Below are positions 1-12,065 of a DNA stretch of 20,000 nt, in pieces. The translations under genes and the position numbers were made by a program. Source of the DNA: Xylographa opegraphella (Eukaryota); NCBI GenBank assembly GCA_022813865.1, contig JALDZX010000011.1, forward strand, positions 480,474 to 500,473, read 5' to 3'. The notes below the pieces were generated by a model. It ran no database searches, was not told the origin of the DNA, and was given only the letters and a program-made list of their open reading frames with translations. Positions within the stretch are counted from its first letter, which is position 1. Each line of letters starts with the position of its first letter.

Positions 1-1310
1 CTGGCGCACTTGTTTGCTGAACCATTCTCGGAAGAATTGCACAGCGATCCAGGCTTCGGGCGAAGTTTTCAAGGAGACGTCGAGGCCGCCTTTGATTTCT
101 TCCAGCGTTTTGATGAATAGATCCGCAATGGTCTCCGTCTTGAGACGTGCTAGTCCGTCCGCTTTTGCTTTCACAATGGAGATGAGGTTGTCTGGTAAAG
201 TCTTGATGTCAATGGACCAGGGGGAGTGCGGATAGCAGCCCGAGCAATGGATCATGGCCTCATGGAAAATGGAGTTGGACTCGAGTGCTACGGAGAGTCT
301 GAGCCAGCGAGGAGGATCTTTCGCGATTGCAGTGTAGAGTTGCCGATGATATTGAGAAATATCATAAACAAGATGTGGCTGCACAATTGGCAAGCTTCCG
401 TAGTATCTAGCTAGCAAAAACAATCCTCTCGCATTGATCAAGCGCGCATTCGATGTTAACAGTTGATATTTTCGGAGCTTTACTATAGTACATTCCTAGT
501 AGTGACTCATGTGCCTCGATGTATTTCTGGCAGTCATGCTTCTGCTTACTTGACTTCTCATCCTCGATCGGAGTTATTATTGGTGTGATGGCCAGCCCTG
601 TTTGCGCAGTTCCAGCTTCCTGATTTTGAACCGCCCAGGCTTGTGATTCTAGCTTCACTGAGGGCTCCTTCTGAGAAAGTTCAACGGATGTCATCTCAAC
701 TATAGTCGCCGTAGCGAGGCTTTGCTTTTGTGCCTTATCTATTGTTGCCGAAAGTGTAGAGGCCTTTGTGGACATTTGAGATGCCGTATTTGCAACAGCG
801 CTTCTGGACCCCATGACTGAAAGGGCTTGCTCCTGTATCAATGCAGGCTTGATGTCATAACTGAAATCCTGGTGTTCGTGAGTATAAAACTTATTGTTGG
901 ACGATTTGAATTACCGTTTGCATAAGCAACGGAACATTGTGCTCGGATGATAGTAATAGAGTAAACTTGTGGCTGATACCATTCTTGACCACGCTAGGCT
1001 TTGCAAGTTCTCTTGCAAACCAGGAGGAGTCGCGCTCAAGTACAGTTCGGTGGAGTTGGAACTCAGGCTGCAGGCTGTCGCGGAGACGTATAAGTACCCG
1101 ACCCGACTTGAAAACTGGAAATGCTTCCGCAATAACAACAATAGCCTCGGTATTCATTTCAGTACAACGACCAACTTCTGAACTTTTCATATCTGAAGCC
1201 TGGCTACCAGCAATTCGTCTTGAGGCGCTTGGAGCAGGATTTGGCTTCAGTGCCTTCGCTCTCCGCTTTGGAGGCTCCACCGAGCCGCGAGTACGCTTCC
1301 TTGTAACCAT
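1..1310 (-). CDS. Fungal BTB/POZ-like hypothetical protein, 3'-partial, with an apparent +1 frameshift at 416-420 (pseudogene or sequence error)
   Basis: ATG 1310. Exon 915..1310 contains FPVFKSGRVLIRL...FQLHRTVLERDSSWF, a BTB-like start. Intron 869..914 (GTAATT...ACTCAC...CAG, phase 0). Exon 2 from 868 reads ...ALDQCERIVFAS* (stop 407-409). Removing one T of the T5 run gives ...CERIVLLARYYGSLPIVQPHL...AIAKDPPRWLRLSVALESNSIFHEAMIHCSGCYPHSPW...AWIAVQFFREWF, open to the window edge. Confidence 0.65.
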
Positions 1311-1882
1311 ATTTCTAGCCTTCCTTGTGTCAAGTTCCTTCTGCTTCAGGATATCTAGATTGATGATTTGAGGAAGAGAGTAAGACCTGGAACAGAAGGT
1401 AGACTAGACCCTAGGTTGAATGCAAGAAGTGACAGAAGTCAAGAGTTGATTTGTTCGGCTATCTGATGGAGGGTGATGTCGATTTGAGGAAACGACGAGT
1501 TGAACAAGGATAGACTAGTATAGTGTCGTCAAGTTTTGAGTCCAAGTCGGCACCGCCAGACACGGTTAAGCAACTTAGTAGACGAAGGCGAAAGTTCACT
1601 GTGCCACTAGTGTAGCCGGTGACAACAGAAACAGAGCATAATACGAGTCTAAGTTAAAGTGAAGTATAGACCAAATGAATATTGGTAAGGATCCAGTTAT
1701 CACTGATTTTAGACGTTCAACTCATGAGTGGTACCAGTGAAGATAAATCGTGTGTTTCTAGAATATGATCAGTTGAAGAGAGTGTGTGGGTACTGTAGGC
1801 TGCCCGTACACTAAGAAAGTACCAGCTTTCGGACCGAAGGATTGGCTGATATCCATTCTGCACATCTGCGAAGTACAGTCCA

Positions 1883-3328
1883 TCAAAATCTGGATCATGT
1901 CAGAAAAGGACTCTCGAAGCAATCGAAGCCGATTAAAGAAATGAAATACCTGATCTCATAACTCCCAGCTCTTGTCATATAGCGCACCCATTTGACGCTA
2001 CCATAATTGCTCTTCTCAAAAACCTTCAAATACCGCACCAGCAGGCCAGAACTGGTGAACATCAAAAGCGAAAAGCTTAGACTCAGTGGCGGTCGACTCC
2101 ACGCTTTCTGATTTGTCATGGATGTCAAAGAGGCCTCGGCTGATAAGACATACTCACTTTGACCAGAGAATCGAGGGATTTTCCATACAATGTTATTGTG
2201 CTCTGGCTCATATTTGGCCTTACCTTGAGATGTTCTCTCTGTAATCTTGGCTGTATTCAAAGGTGTCGGGACGCGCACAACCACGTTGGTGGCGAAGAGT
2301 TTACTTCCGTAGTTCGCTTTTATGGCAATGCTGTACTCAACCTTGGTCTTTCCAAGCTCATTGACGATTGCATGCACCTTGAATGGTAGATTGACATTTT
2401 CAGTGGCGCGATATCGCATCAGCTCGAACTCTCCGTCTGGTGGTATAAAAGAGATAATCCGATCTGCGTCGAATTTTCCCAGCTTGACGCACTGGTGAAA
2501 CTGACAATCTTCAAGAGTAACACTACCAGCTGCAGCTTTCGTGGCTTTTGTCCCTGCTGTATTGCCTATGGGCCCTGCAAGGCTGTCACCATCCAAGAGG
2601 AGTCGATCATTAAGACCAAATTTGCATTCTGGGGTTCCGGAAAGATAAGCTCGCATCACAATTTGCCCATTGACATCTGCACGAAGTACAGTGCCCGTAG
2701 CGGACATGAGAAGGTTGACGTCCTCGATTACATCCACGAATGCTTCATTTTTCCTATATTTAATATCTGCCCGCCTCCACGATAGCGCTCCGGTAGCTTG
2801 CATAGTGATCTTCGAAGAGTCCTCCATCGTTCTCTCTGATTTGACGCCTTCAGTAGTAATGTACATCTTCAAAGTATCAGTCTCAGTATTTTGTGGATAT
2901 CCAAAATCAAGGATCTCTGCAATTTGGCAATGTATCAGTATTTCCTTGGATACGTAAAAGCTTAAACCTATGACTTTGAAGTAGCACGTACCATCGAGTA
3001 ATTCGTACACAAGGACGAAGTTGTTCTTCACAGCTTCTTCGTCAAACTTTCCAAAATAACCCTTCCCCAAAGCCACCAATCTGTAGAGAAACTCGAACAC
3101 GAGCGCCGCGTTGGCATTACTCTTCGTCACAGCCACTAGGTATATGTTCTCATGTTTGACATGGCTAAATGTCGTCGACCCCAGAGTCAGGATCGGGGAC
3201 CGCACTTGGGCATTTGATATAACTTGAATGCGGAAAACATCAGCCAGACGCGGACGACAGTCATTCCTGAAGGCTCGGAAGATAAGATTCTCTCCTTTCT
3301 GGTTGAAGATCAGAATGCCGGAAATCAT
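1883..3328 (-). CDS. APM4: AP-2 adaptor complex subunit mu, 436 aa; complement(join(1883..1889,1950..2916,2992..3328))
   Basis: Motifs MISGILIFNQKGENLIFRAFRND, YELLDEILDFGYPQ, WRRADIKYRKNEAFVDVIE, LEDCQFHQCV, ISFIPPDGEFELMRY and KWVRYMTRAGSYEIRF. Introns 2917..2991 (GTACGT...CAG) and 1890..1949 (GTATTT...CTGAC...CAG). Spliced length 1311 nt. Confidence 0.97.
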
Positions 3329-3451
3329 GATTCCCAAAATTGTCTCGACTGAAATACTTTTCGTTGGTCAATTGAAGAGCCCTGTAGGAATATGTTTGAC
3401 GTGCCAAGCATCCGGGTAGGACTTAGGACTAGACTACTGTAGGTACGAAGG

Positions 3452-3509
3452 TACCTTACCTAGGTAAGGTATTTCGAGTCGGGTCACGGCATTTAGTAGG
3501 TAACCCGAC
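3452..3509. repeat. Perfect 20-bp palindrome plus an adjacent imperfect inverted repeat in a divergent intergenic region
   Basis: TACCTTACCTAGGTAAGGTA at 3452-3471 is its own reverse complement. GTCGGGTCAC (3478-3487) and GTAACCCGAC (3500-3509) pair with one mismatch. Confidence 0.85.
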
Positions 3510-3810
3510 GTACTGGGGCTTACATGTGGGGTCCGCACATATCATATACTTCAGGGTATCTCTGATATCAATTTTCCTTTCATCTCAGTGGGTACACCCT
3601 CCGTTAGTCCACATGGCTTAAAGTATGGTCAGTTTCCTTCATACTGTGGTAACACACGGCTGAGACGGCGTAATCAAGCCGCGTATTGTTCCGATTATCC
3701 AATGAAATGATTGTTGCAAGGTCATAGCATGTACGCTGTATCTAAGAGCGCGACTCTCTGTTTGAAACTCTCCATCAACTCTTGATTGCTTAATTACATG
3801 TCATCTCAAG

Positions 3811-5222
3811 ATGTTCATGTTCTCTCGTTCTGCTGTGCGTGCTCATGGACCTCGTCTACCAGGCACCCGATTCCGACCGGAATATTACTTTGTACAGCAT
3901 CATCCTTTCGCTATTCGCTTTACCAGCAGTGACCGCAAGAGATTCAAGTTTCCTGCATCTTCTACAATCACTTCTGCGTTCTTGGCTGTCGCCACTGTAG
4001 GGATTGGGATGATCATTGGAGTGCGTTTGCGAGCTGCGTCAGTTCCCCTCGATGCAGCAGCACAGAGTGAAGGTTCAGTAAACAATGGTGAACTGAGTAA
4101 CAATGTTATCTTGTCCCGGGGCGGTGACAATGAAGATCAATCAAGTAATCCTCGTTCAATTAATGAAGCTCAAAATTCTCCCAAAGACAATGATCAGCCA
4201 GCAATTTTCATGCAGTTTGGGCCGGATGCATCGTTCTTTATATCGTCTGAAGATCGATGGCAATAGTGAGTATGACCAACTTTGTTCCGATTGCATTGCT
4301 CAATTCTGGCTAGTCATGGTTCAGCAACAACAGCCAGAGCCATGGATGAATTAGAGATGGATACTCCGTATATTGTGGCTCTTGCTTCCAACGGCGGATT
4401 GTTCGCCGCATACAAATCTATAGTTGGTAGTGTACCGGCTTGGAATTTATTCGTCGATGATACGCAGAAGCAGAAAGTTCAAGTCTGGCAGCACAAAGAT
4501 GATGAATGTATGGTATAGTGAGCGTCTGATATTTACTCTTTCTTACAAAGTCAGGGATCCACGAGTGCACCAGTCACGATGCATACCAGATGCTTGCGAA
4601 ATGGCTCCCACAAAACTTCGAGAACGATACCGCCGGCTTTCAAAAGTGTAACTTGACCTTCGGGCCTGGTGACAGTTTCTATGTGCGATCTCCCAAGGGC
4701 TGCTTATGGAACAATCTCCCCGCCTCCCTGGAAGATATTATTCTCAAACAAATGGGAAAGGGCGGCCTGGGTCCACCGGAAACGGTCTCACTCGGTGCTG
4801 GAAAAACTTGGGTTACAACCTGGGACGGTAAACATTATCTTTGGATGCTTGGCAGTCACTACTACAACGACGTTCACGAAGAACTCAAAGTGAATAACAA
4901 AGACCATACTGGCGGCATCAATTATATAGCGATAAGTCCTTACGAAGACGCATACTTCATCCACTTCAATAACGGGATATTTAAGTACCACTGCCGTGTG
5001 GATAAACGGGCAGAGAAGGATTTCAACCATTTTATTTACAAATTCTTGCAGGAGCGAGCACTCGTCGACAAGGTCAGCTACAACTTAACTGATAAAAATG
5101 ACAGGAAGAGCATTGTCATCTCGCCGACCACGAGTTTTGAAGAGTTTGAAAGTTTCATGGAGTTGTCGAAGGAACCCAGCCTACAATCATGGATGAGATG
5201 GCTGTGGAAGAAGATATTGTGA
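3811..5222 (+). CDS. Hypothetical protein, 438 aa; join(3811..4265,4314..4507,4555..5222). Possible mitochondrial presequence, one TM helix and repeated beta-rich units
   Basis: Three consecutive ORFs join in frame through introns 4266..4313 (GTGAGT...TAG) and 4508..4554 (GTATGG...CAG), total 1317 nt. Arg/Ser-rich N-terminus, hydrophobic SAFLAVATVGIGMIIGV, and repeated FGPxxSF motif. Confidence 0.75.
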
Positions 5223-5528
5223 CCCTGTCGGCTATTCTTCGCTTTAGACTACATTACTCCTTGCACCCAGGAACACAGAGAACAGTATACGGGAGGGTTG
5301 ACACTCGTGTGTCGCAGATGGTGTCTAGAAAGAAGTGGAAGGACGGGGAGCAGATAAGAGCCTACACTTTGCCTTGCAGACCAGGCGGGGTTCTAGCGTC
5401 GCAGCAGGAAGATAATAGATAGTATTCGACAACGCTAGAGGAAGTGGCTACTCCTGTCGTATGCCTGAGGTTCAATAGCACAACCCTTTTAACGTATACA
5501 AATACGGCGCCCCGCAGTGTTCACGCTT

Positions 5529-6885
<1,357 letters not shown>

Positions 6886-7167
6886 CGTGGCCACGGTGCA
6901 GATCAGCAAGTCAATAGAGAAGAAGGGTAATCGACGTATGTATAGCTTCGTAGCTACAAGCACCTGGAGCGGAGCTGGGCTTAGGATTCTCGGCTAGTAT
7001 CGGACTAGCGTTTACGAACTTTACATCTCGCCAAGTTAATTATTCCAGATTGACGTTCACGTGCTAAAAAGCTCCCTCAATTCTCAGCCAGCACTTCCAA
7101 GTCAAATCTGAGAGTCGTGGTTGCAATTGATTGGAACCCTTCTGCATCTGCCCAGGGGTAAGTAAGA
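6886..7167. promoter_or_regulatory. Compact bidirectional promoter region between LSC1 and ELP3
   Basis: Only 282 bp separate the divergent start codons. It contains TGACGT (7051-7056) directly followed by TCACGTG (7057-7063, bHLH E-box-like). Function of the motifs is inferred. Confidence 0.55.
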
Positions 7168-8913
7168 ATGGCTACAAAAACTGTGACGGCCCCGGTGGCT
7201 ACCAAGATCAAGCTGCCAAAGAATCTCAAGCTTCCTCCAGAAAGTGAGCGCTTTATGCAGGCTTGCTCGGACATTGCAAGTGCTTTGATACAAGACCATG
7301 AGGCTCAGTCAGATGATTCGAAGCCGAAGAAAGATCTAAATCTCAATAGTTTGAGAGGTCAGATGGCTAAGAAACACAGACTGAGCAATCAGCCACCATT
7401 GACAGCCATCATTGCAGCTGTGCCTGAGCATTACAAAAAATACATTCTACCAAAGCTGATCGCAAAGCCAATCCGCACATCTTCGGGAATCGCAGTGGTA
7501 GCGGTAATGTGCAAGCCACATCGGTGTCCCCATATTGCATACACTGGCAATATATGTGTCTATTGTCCCGGAGGTCCTGATTCAGACTTCGAATATTCAA
7601 CGCAGTCATACACTGGATATGAACCGACGTCAATGCGAGCAATAAGAGCACGATATGATCCTTTCGAGCAAGCTCGTGGGAGAGTCGACCAAATAAAGTC
7701 TTTGGGGCACAGTGTGGACAAGGTGGAATATATCATAATGGGGGGCACCTTCATGTCACTTCCAGAAGACTATAGAGATGGATTTATCTCGCAACTCCAC
7801 AACGCTTTGAGTGGTTATCAAGGAGAGAATGTCGATGAAGCGGTCGAGGCGGGGGAGATGAGTAATATTAAGTGTGTGGGAATTACCATCGAAACAAGAC
7901 CTGATTACTGCTTGCAACCTCATTTGAGTAGCATGCTACGCTACGGCTGCACACGGCTCGAGATAGGCGTGCAGTCCCTTTACGAAGATGTGGCTCGAGA
8001 TACAAATAGGGGTCATACCGTTGCAGCCGTGGCCGAGACATTTAGACTCGCCAAGGACGCAGGCTTCAAAGTAGTCAGTCATATGATGCCAGATCTACCA
8101 AATGTTGGTATGGAACGGGATCTTGATCAGTTCCGGGAATACTTTGAAAACCCAGCATTCCGTACTGATGGACTGAAAATTTATCCAACCCTTGTGATCA
8201 GAGGAACTGGTTTGTATGAACTATGGCGAACAGGTAGGTATAAGAATTACACGCCCAACGCCTTGATCGACCTGGTGGCACGAATACTGGCGTTGATACC
8301 TCCGTGGACCCGGATATACAGGGTACAGCGAGATATTCCGATGCCGTTGGTGACTTCCGGTGTAGAGAACGGAAACCTACGAGAACTTGCACTAAGCAGG
8401 ATGAAAGATTTCGGAACCACATGTAGAGATGTAAGGACCAGGGAGGTTGGCATCAACGAGGTCAAAAATAAGATAAGGCCGTCCCAAGTCGAGCTGGTGC
8501 GACGAGACTATGCCGCTAACGGTGGCTGGGAAACGTTTCTGGCATACGAAGACCCAAAACAGGATATTCTGATTGCACTCTTACGCCTACGTAAATGTAG
8601 TGCTACACATACTTTCAGACCGGAATTGACACCCCAACAAACAAGTCTTGTGCGCGAGCTACACGTATATGGATCAGCAGTACCAGTTCACGCGAGGGAT
8701 CCCAGGAAGTTCCAGCATCAGGGATACGGAACTCTCCTGATGGAGGAGGCAGAGCGTATAGCGCGAGATGAGCACGGAAGTCAGAAAATAAGTGTCATTT
8801 CTGGAGTTGGAGTGCGATCCTATTACTCCAAGCTGGGATACCATATTGACGGACCGTACATGAGCAAGGTATTAGATGCAACCGTATGGACAGAAGATAG
8901 TGATGAGGACTGA
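7168..8913 (+). CDS. ELP3: Elongator complex catalytic subunit 3 (radical SAM + GNAT domains; tRNA U34 modification), 581 aa, intronless
   Basis: Motifs [23 protein letters not shown]...[87 protein letters not shown] and [10 protein letters not shown]. Confidence 0.99.
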   Translation: MATKTVTAPVATKIKLPKNLKLPPESERFMQACSDIASALIQDHEAQSDDSKPKKDLNLNSLRGQMAKKHRLSNQPPLTAIIAAVPEHYKKYILPKLIAKPIRTSSGIAVVAVMCKPHRCPHIAYTGNICVYCPGGPDSDFEYSTQSYTGYEPTSMRAIRARYDPFEQARGRVDQIKSLGHSVDKVEYIIMGGTFMSLPEDYRDGFISQLHNALSGYQGENVDEAVEAGEMSNIKCVGITIETRPDYCLQPHLSSMLRYGCTRLEIGVQSLYEDVARDTNRGHTVAAVAETFRLAKDAGFKVVSHMMPDLPNVGMERDLDQFREYFENPAFRTDGLKIYPTLVIRGTGLYELWRTGRYKNYTPNALIDLVARILALIPPWTRIYRVQRDIPMPLVTSGVENGNLRELALSRMKDFGTTCRDVRTREVGINEVKNKIRPSQVELVRRDYAANGGWETFLAYEDPKQDILIALLRLRKCSATHTFRPELTPQQTSLVRELHVYGSAVPVHARDPRKFQHQGYGTLLMEEAERIARDEHGSQKISVISGVGVRSYYSKLGYHIDGPYMSKVLDATVWTEDSDED

Positions 8914-9221
8914 CTATAGGGTCTTCCAATGAGCCAGCTATGCATTTATCGGTGTTCGCCTTGTCGGTTCGATCGTCCGAGGAAGAGGAACGTATTAAGC
9001 ATAGCGACGGCGTTCGTTGATAGTAAGACGTGAAGACCTGGACCATCTTGACTCGTTACTAAAGCGGATTCTCATTTCATCCACCCGAGTTACCTCTTTA
9101 GCACTATAGCTTCTATACAAACATGGTACTGATATTCATAAAAGCGCCCTTGAATGTGAAAAAACGCCTACGGAGCTCCCCGAGCACTCGCATAACGAAC
9201 TTCTGTACAACGACTCGTCCT

Positions 9222-9744
9222 TCAGCTCAGCGTTATCTGTCCCTTTCTCGATTCTTGTATGTGGAAGTAGGCTTGTAAACCGCAGAAAATAAGGAAGACC
9301 TTGGCAAATTCCGTCAGCCTTTCACCGAGTTAGTCTCTCTGACATAATCTTGCTTACTCCATAGATGCCAACAGCTCCGAATATGCTCCCTGCAACGGCT
9401 GCACCGTTCTTAGGATCGTTCACCGAACCCATCAAGGTGTGGTGATTTGACTACAAAATCAAGTCTTGTTAGCCTTCACACAATATTAATCAACAAAGAC
9501 AAGTCAAGAAAGTGCGTGGTATGGCCAGATGGCGCAAATCCAGCAGAGCTTCAAGACCGCTCATCATGTGTGAGGCGGAACGTACGTTGAAGAGAGCACC
9601 GATAGTGCTGAGGATGACGATTGCAAAGATACATACGACAACACTATACATCTTCGGTCAGCCAGTTGTTCAACATGGGCAACGGCATACAGAGGAAAGG
9701 ACTGACCAGCTCCAAGCATTGAGCGCCGAAACAACGGGTTTCAT
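9222..9744 (-). CDS. V-ATPase V0 subunit f (yeast YPR170W-B / animal RNASEK family), 88 aa; exons 9707..9744, 9586..9643, 9358..9450, 9222..9299
   Basis: Spliced protein MKPVVSALNAWSCVVVCIFAIVILSTIGALFNSNHHTLMGSVNDPKNGAAVAGSIFGAVGIYGVFLIFCGLQAYFHIQESRKGQITLS has two TM helices and closely resembles yeast subunit f as I recall it (MRPVVS..AWCC..GS.NDP.DG.AVA..FCGFQ). Introns GTCAGT..GCTGAC..TAG, GTACGT..GCTAAC..TAG and GTAAGC..GCTGAC..AAG. Confidence 0.92.
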
Positions 9745-10256
9745 GATAAGTAGAGGAGAGGTTGAAAACAAGCCACCTTCCAACAGAGTAATCGACGTTC
9801 GATCGGATAGAACGCAGTTCGTTTTCAATGAGAGCGCGGTGCAGATAGTAGAGTAAAGTCGTAAGACAGCGCTTCGCACTACCCAGTACGGATGAGGTGT
9901 TCGTCGAGGTTCGCCATGACGCCGCTCGAAGTGGAAAGAAGTTAGCGTTCCCTCGTAGGGCTGACAGGCAAGAAGCGAGTTTATCGAAATGGAATCGGTA
10001 AAACGCTTGACCACCAAGTCTCCGTTCATCTTACCACCGACAAATTACTTACTACGTGAATTGTATGACGCAAGTGAGACTATTGAGACTGTATGTTTGG
10101 TAGTTACAATACGATTGATGCATATCGAATATTATTCGTGCCACTAAGCTTTATACTCGCGCTCCGTTGGATTTGTCCATGTAACGAAGCTTTACTTTAT
10201 GAGACATTAAATATGTATTGACCTTTATTTTCTTCCTACTACGTTCTTAAATCTTG

Positions 10257-11441
10257 ATTCTACTTGGATGGCACTGCTTGATCGCAATACCAGCGACCAT
10301 CCTCCTCATCCTCGGACTCCTTTGTCTTCCTTCTGATATCGAAGGGTGCACCATTGGTAATCAAGGCGCCATTTCTCTGTCCTTCAAGGCCACCATCAGG
10401 CTTTTCGATGCCACATCCTTCTCTGACTGTATTTTAAGTCCCACTGTTGGTTCTTCGGTTGCCTTTGCCGATTTGTCCACTCTGAGATATCATTTCCATG
10501 CCTTGTACCTGATTCTGCTGTTGGCTCTTCCCAGGTTATAGTCTGAACGTTTGTGTTGGCTGCGGTATGGGATCTGCGGCTGTGCCTGACTTTGACTCTG
10601 GCACATGCTTTAGAGATGGCTCGGGCCACTCCGTCCGCTTTTTTGCCCGGAGATAGAAGTTGACTGGCTTGACGAGTTGATAAAAGGGATGTACTCGACC
10701 AGGTCCTCTCTCGGATTTGAGAACTCATAAATGTATACTGTCAACGGGACAAGGTACCGTTACTTCCTGGAGGGGAAAGCTCAAACCAAGAACCTTGCTG
10801 ACGGAACCCAAATGGAAGCTATGCGCACTCGATGTATTTCGTAACATTTTCCGTTCCCATCGATCCAAACCGAATCTGTGGAGGTTCTCCCAGACTGCCG
10901 AATTGTTATCATGCGATGCAAGGTCTTACCTTCGTGAGCTATAGGCTCGAGCTCGAAAAGCTTCTACACGTTGCTTCTAGCGATAACAACTGCCTTCGCG
11001 GGCATTCTATATCCATCGGGCAGAATGGAATCCTCTTTTGCAGTCCAGCTCAGCTTCAACGAAGGATTGTGTAGCCTCTAGGTCTCCTTGATGCATCACC
11101 TTGATAAATTCGTCGACGAATGAGAGTGCATAAGTGTTGTCGCAGGTCCATTCCGTATCATTGTCGATTAACTCTTGCCAAAAACGGTCTTGCATTCCCG
11201 AATACGCAACCAAAAGGATACCGAAACCTGGAAACGAGGCCAGCTGTGGTTTCAAACTCTGCACCACTGAGGATTCATATGCCCCATGATCATGTTCTGT
11301 CTGTGTCCCTGTTGATCCGCAGCATGACCTACACTGTCGACGATGCACGAAACGCTCCTGTCTGCATCGCTCATCGGACGTTCTTTTTGGCAGTCTTAGA
11401 TGGCTTGTTGCTTCCAACGTACCTACCATCTCGTGCGCCAC
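10257..11441 (-). pseudogene. Possible decayed protein-coding relic of unknown family
   Basis: Protein-like segments in changing frames, broken by stops: FWQELIDNDTEWTCDNTYALSFVDEFIKVMHQGDLEATQSFVEAE, then EDSILPDGYRMPAKAVVIARSNV*KLFELEPIAHE. A plausible 54-nt intron 10876..10929 (GTAAGA...CAG) follows, then DSVWIDGNGKCYEIHRVRIASIWVP. No recognisable family. Confidence 0.3.
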
Positions 11442-12065
11442 CTTCTACGCGGAGTATGTATCACCTGCCATCCTTCCGTGCCCGTGAACCGAAACAATGC
11501 CGTGTCGTAAAGAAGTCCCCCACAAATCATGGAGCGTAGCACCTCCAACGTGGTGAGCGGTGCGGGGGCAAATGAGGCCCAGAGTCGTGGAGCAATCTTG
11601 GTGAGAACGGTGCAACCTACCTCGCTCAGTCGCTCAATCGGGGTTGCGCGTCGTGGCGACGTTGGTAAGCCGGGTTGTATTCTACTGTTGCTGAGTCTCA
11701 GAGCCGGGGATAGCGGTTCGAGTCGTTTCCCTCTTGGGTAAAACCAGAGGAGAGTTGGTACAACATGACAAGTGATCGACTGCGACGTGGCCCGTCTACG
11801 GAGCTTAGAAACCCACGTTGAATCTATCGTACAGTAGACAAGCGGTCCCAGGATCCAAGATCCCTTCTATTAATATCTAGTTCTACAATACGCTCACACA
11901 TAGATCCCTTATGCAATATGCCGCCCCCTCCCATGCCACAGACGCCGCGCTCAGTCGCTAAGAAAACAAATAAGGGAATGGTGGTGGTGCTGCTGCGCCC
12001 GGGGCCACACTGCTCGTGGAAAGCCCGGAATGCAAACAGACTGGTGGTTATGAAGGCTGGGAGGG

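Noticed and set aside
1895..3337. 480-aa unspliced ORF as the AP-2 mu product
   Set aside because: It includes two introns and a TTG-initiated extension. The spliced 436-aa model restores the conserved motifs.
9512..10029. ORFs 9512..9856 (+) and 9670..10029 (-) as genes
   Set aside because: The first is antisense to the subunit f gene. The second only shares its first exon (MKPVVSALNAWS) and otherwise reads through UTR and intron.
10074..10090. Isolated perfect CTATTGAG at 10080 within a TGAGACT tandem
   Set aside because: Single copy. Similar isolated matches occur inside coding regions (e.g. about 6369, 7342 and 13211), so it cannot be distinguished from background.
11646..11731. tRNA-like A box (TGGCGACGTTGG) and B box (GGTTCGAGTC)
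   Set aside because: No acceptor stem, anticodon arm or proper T stem can be formed. At most a chance match or an unrecognisable relic.
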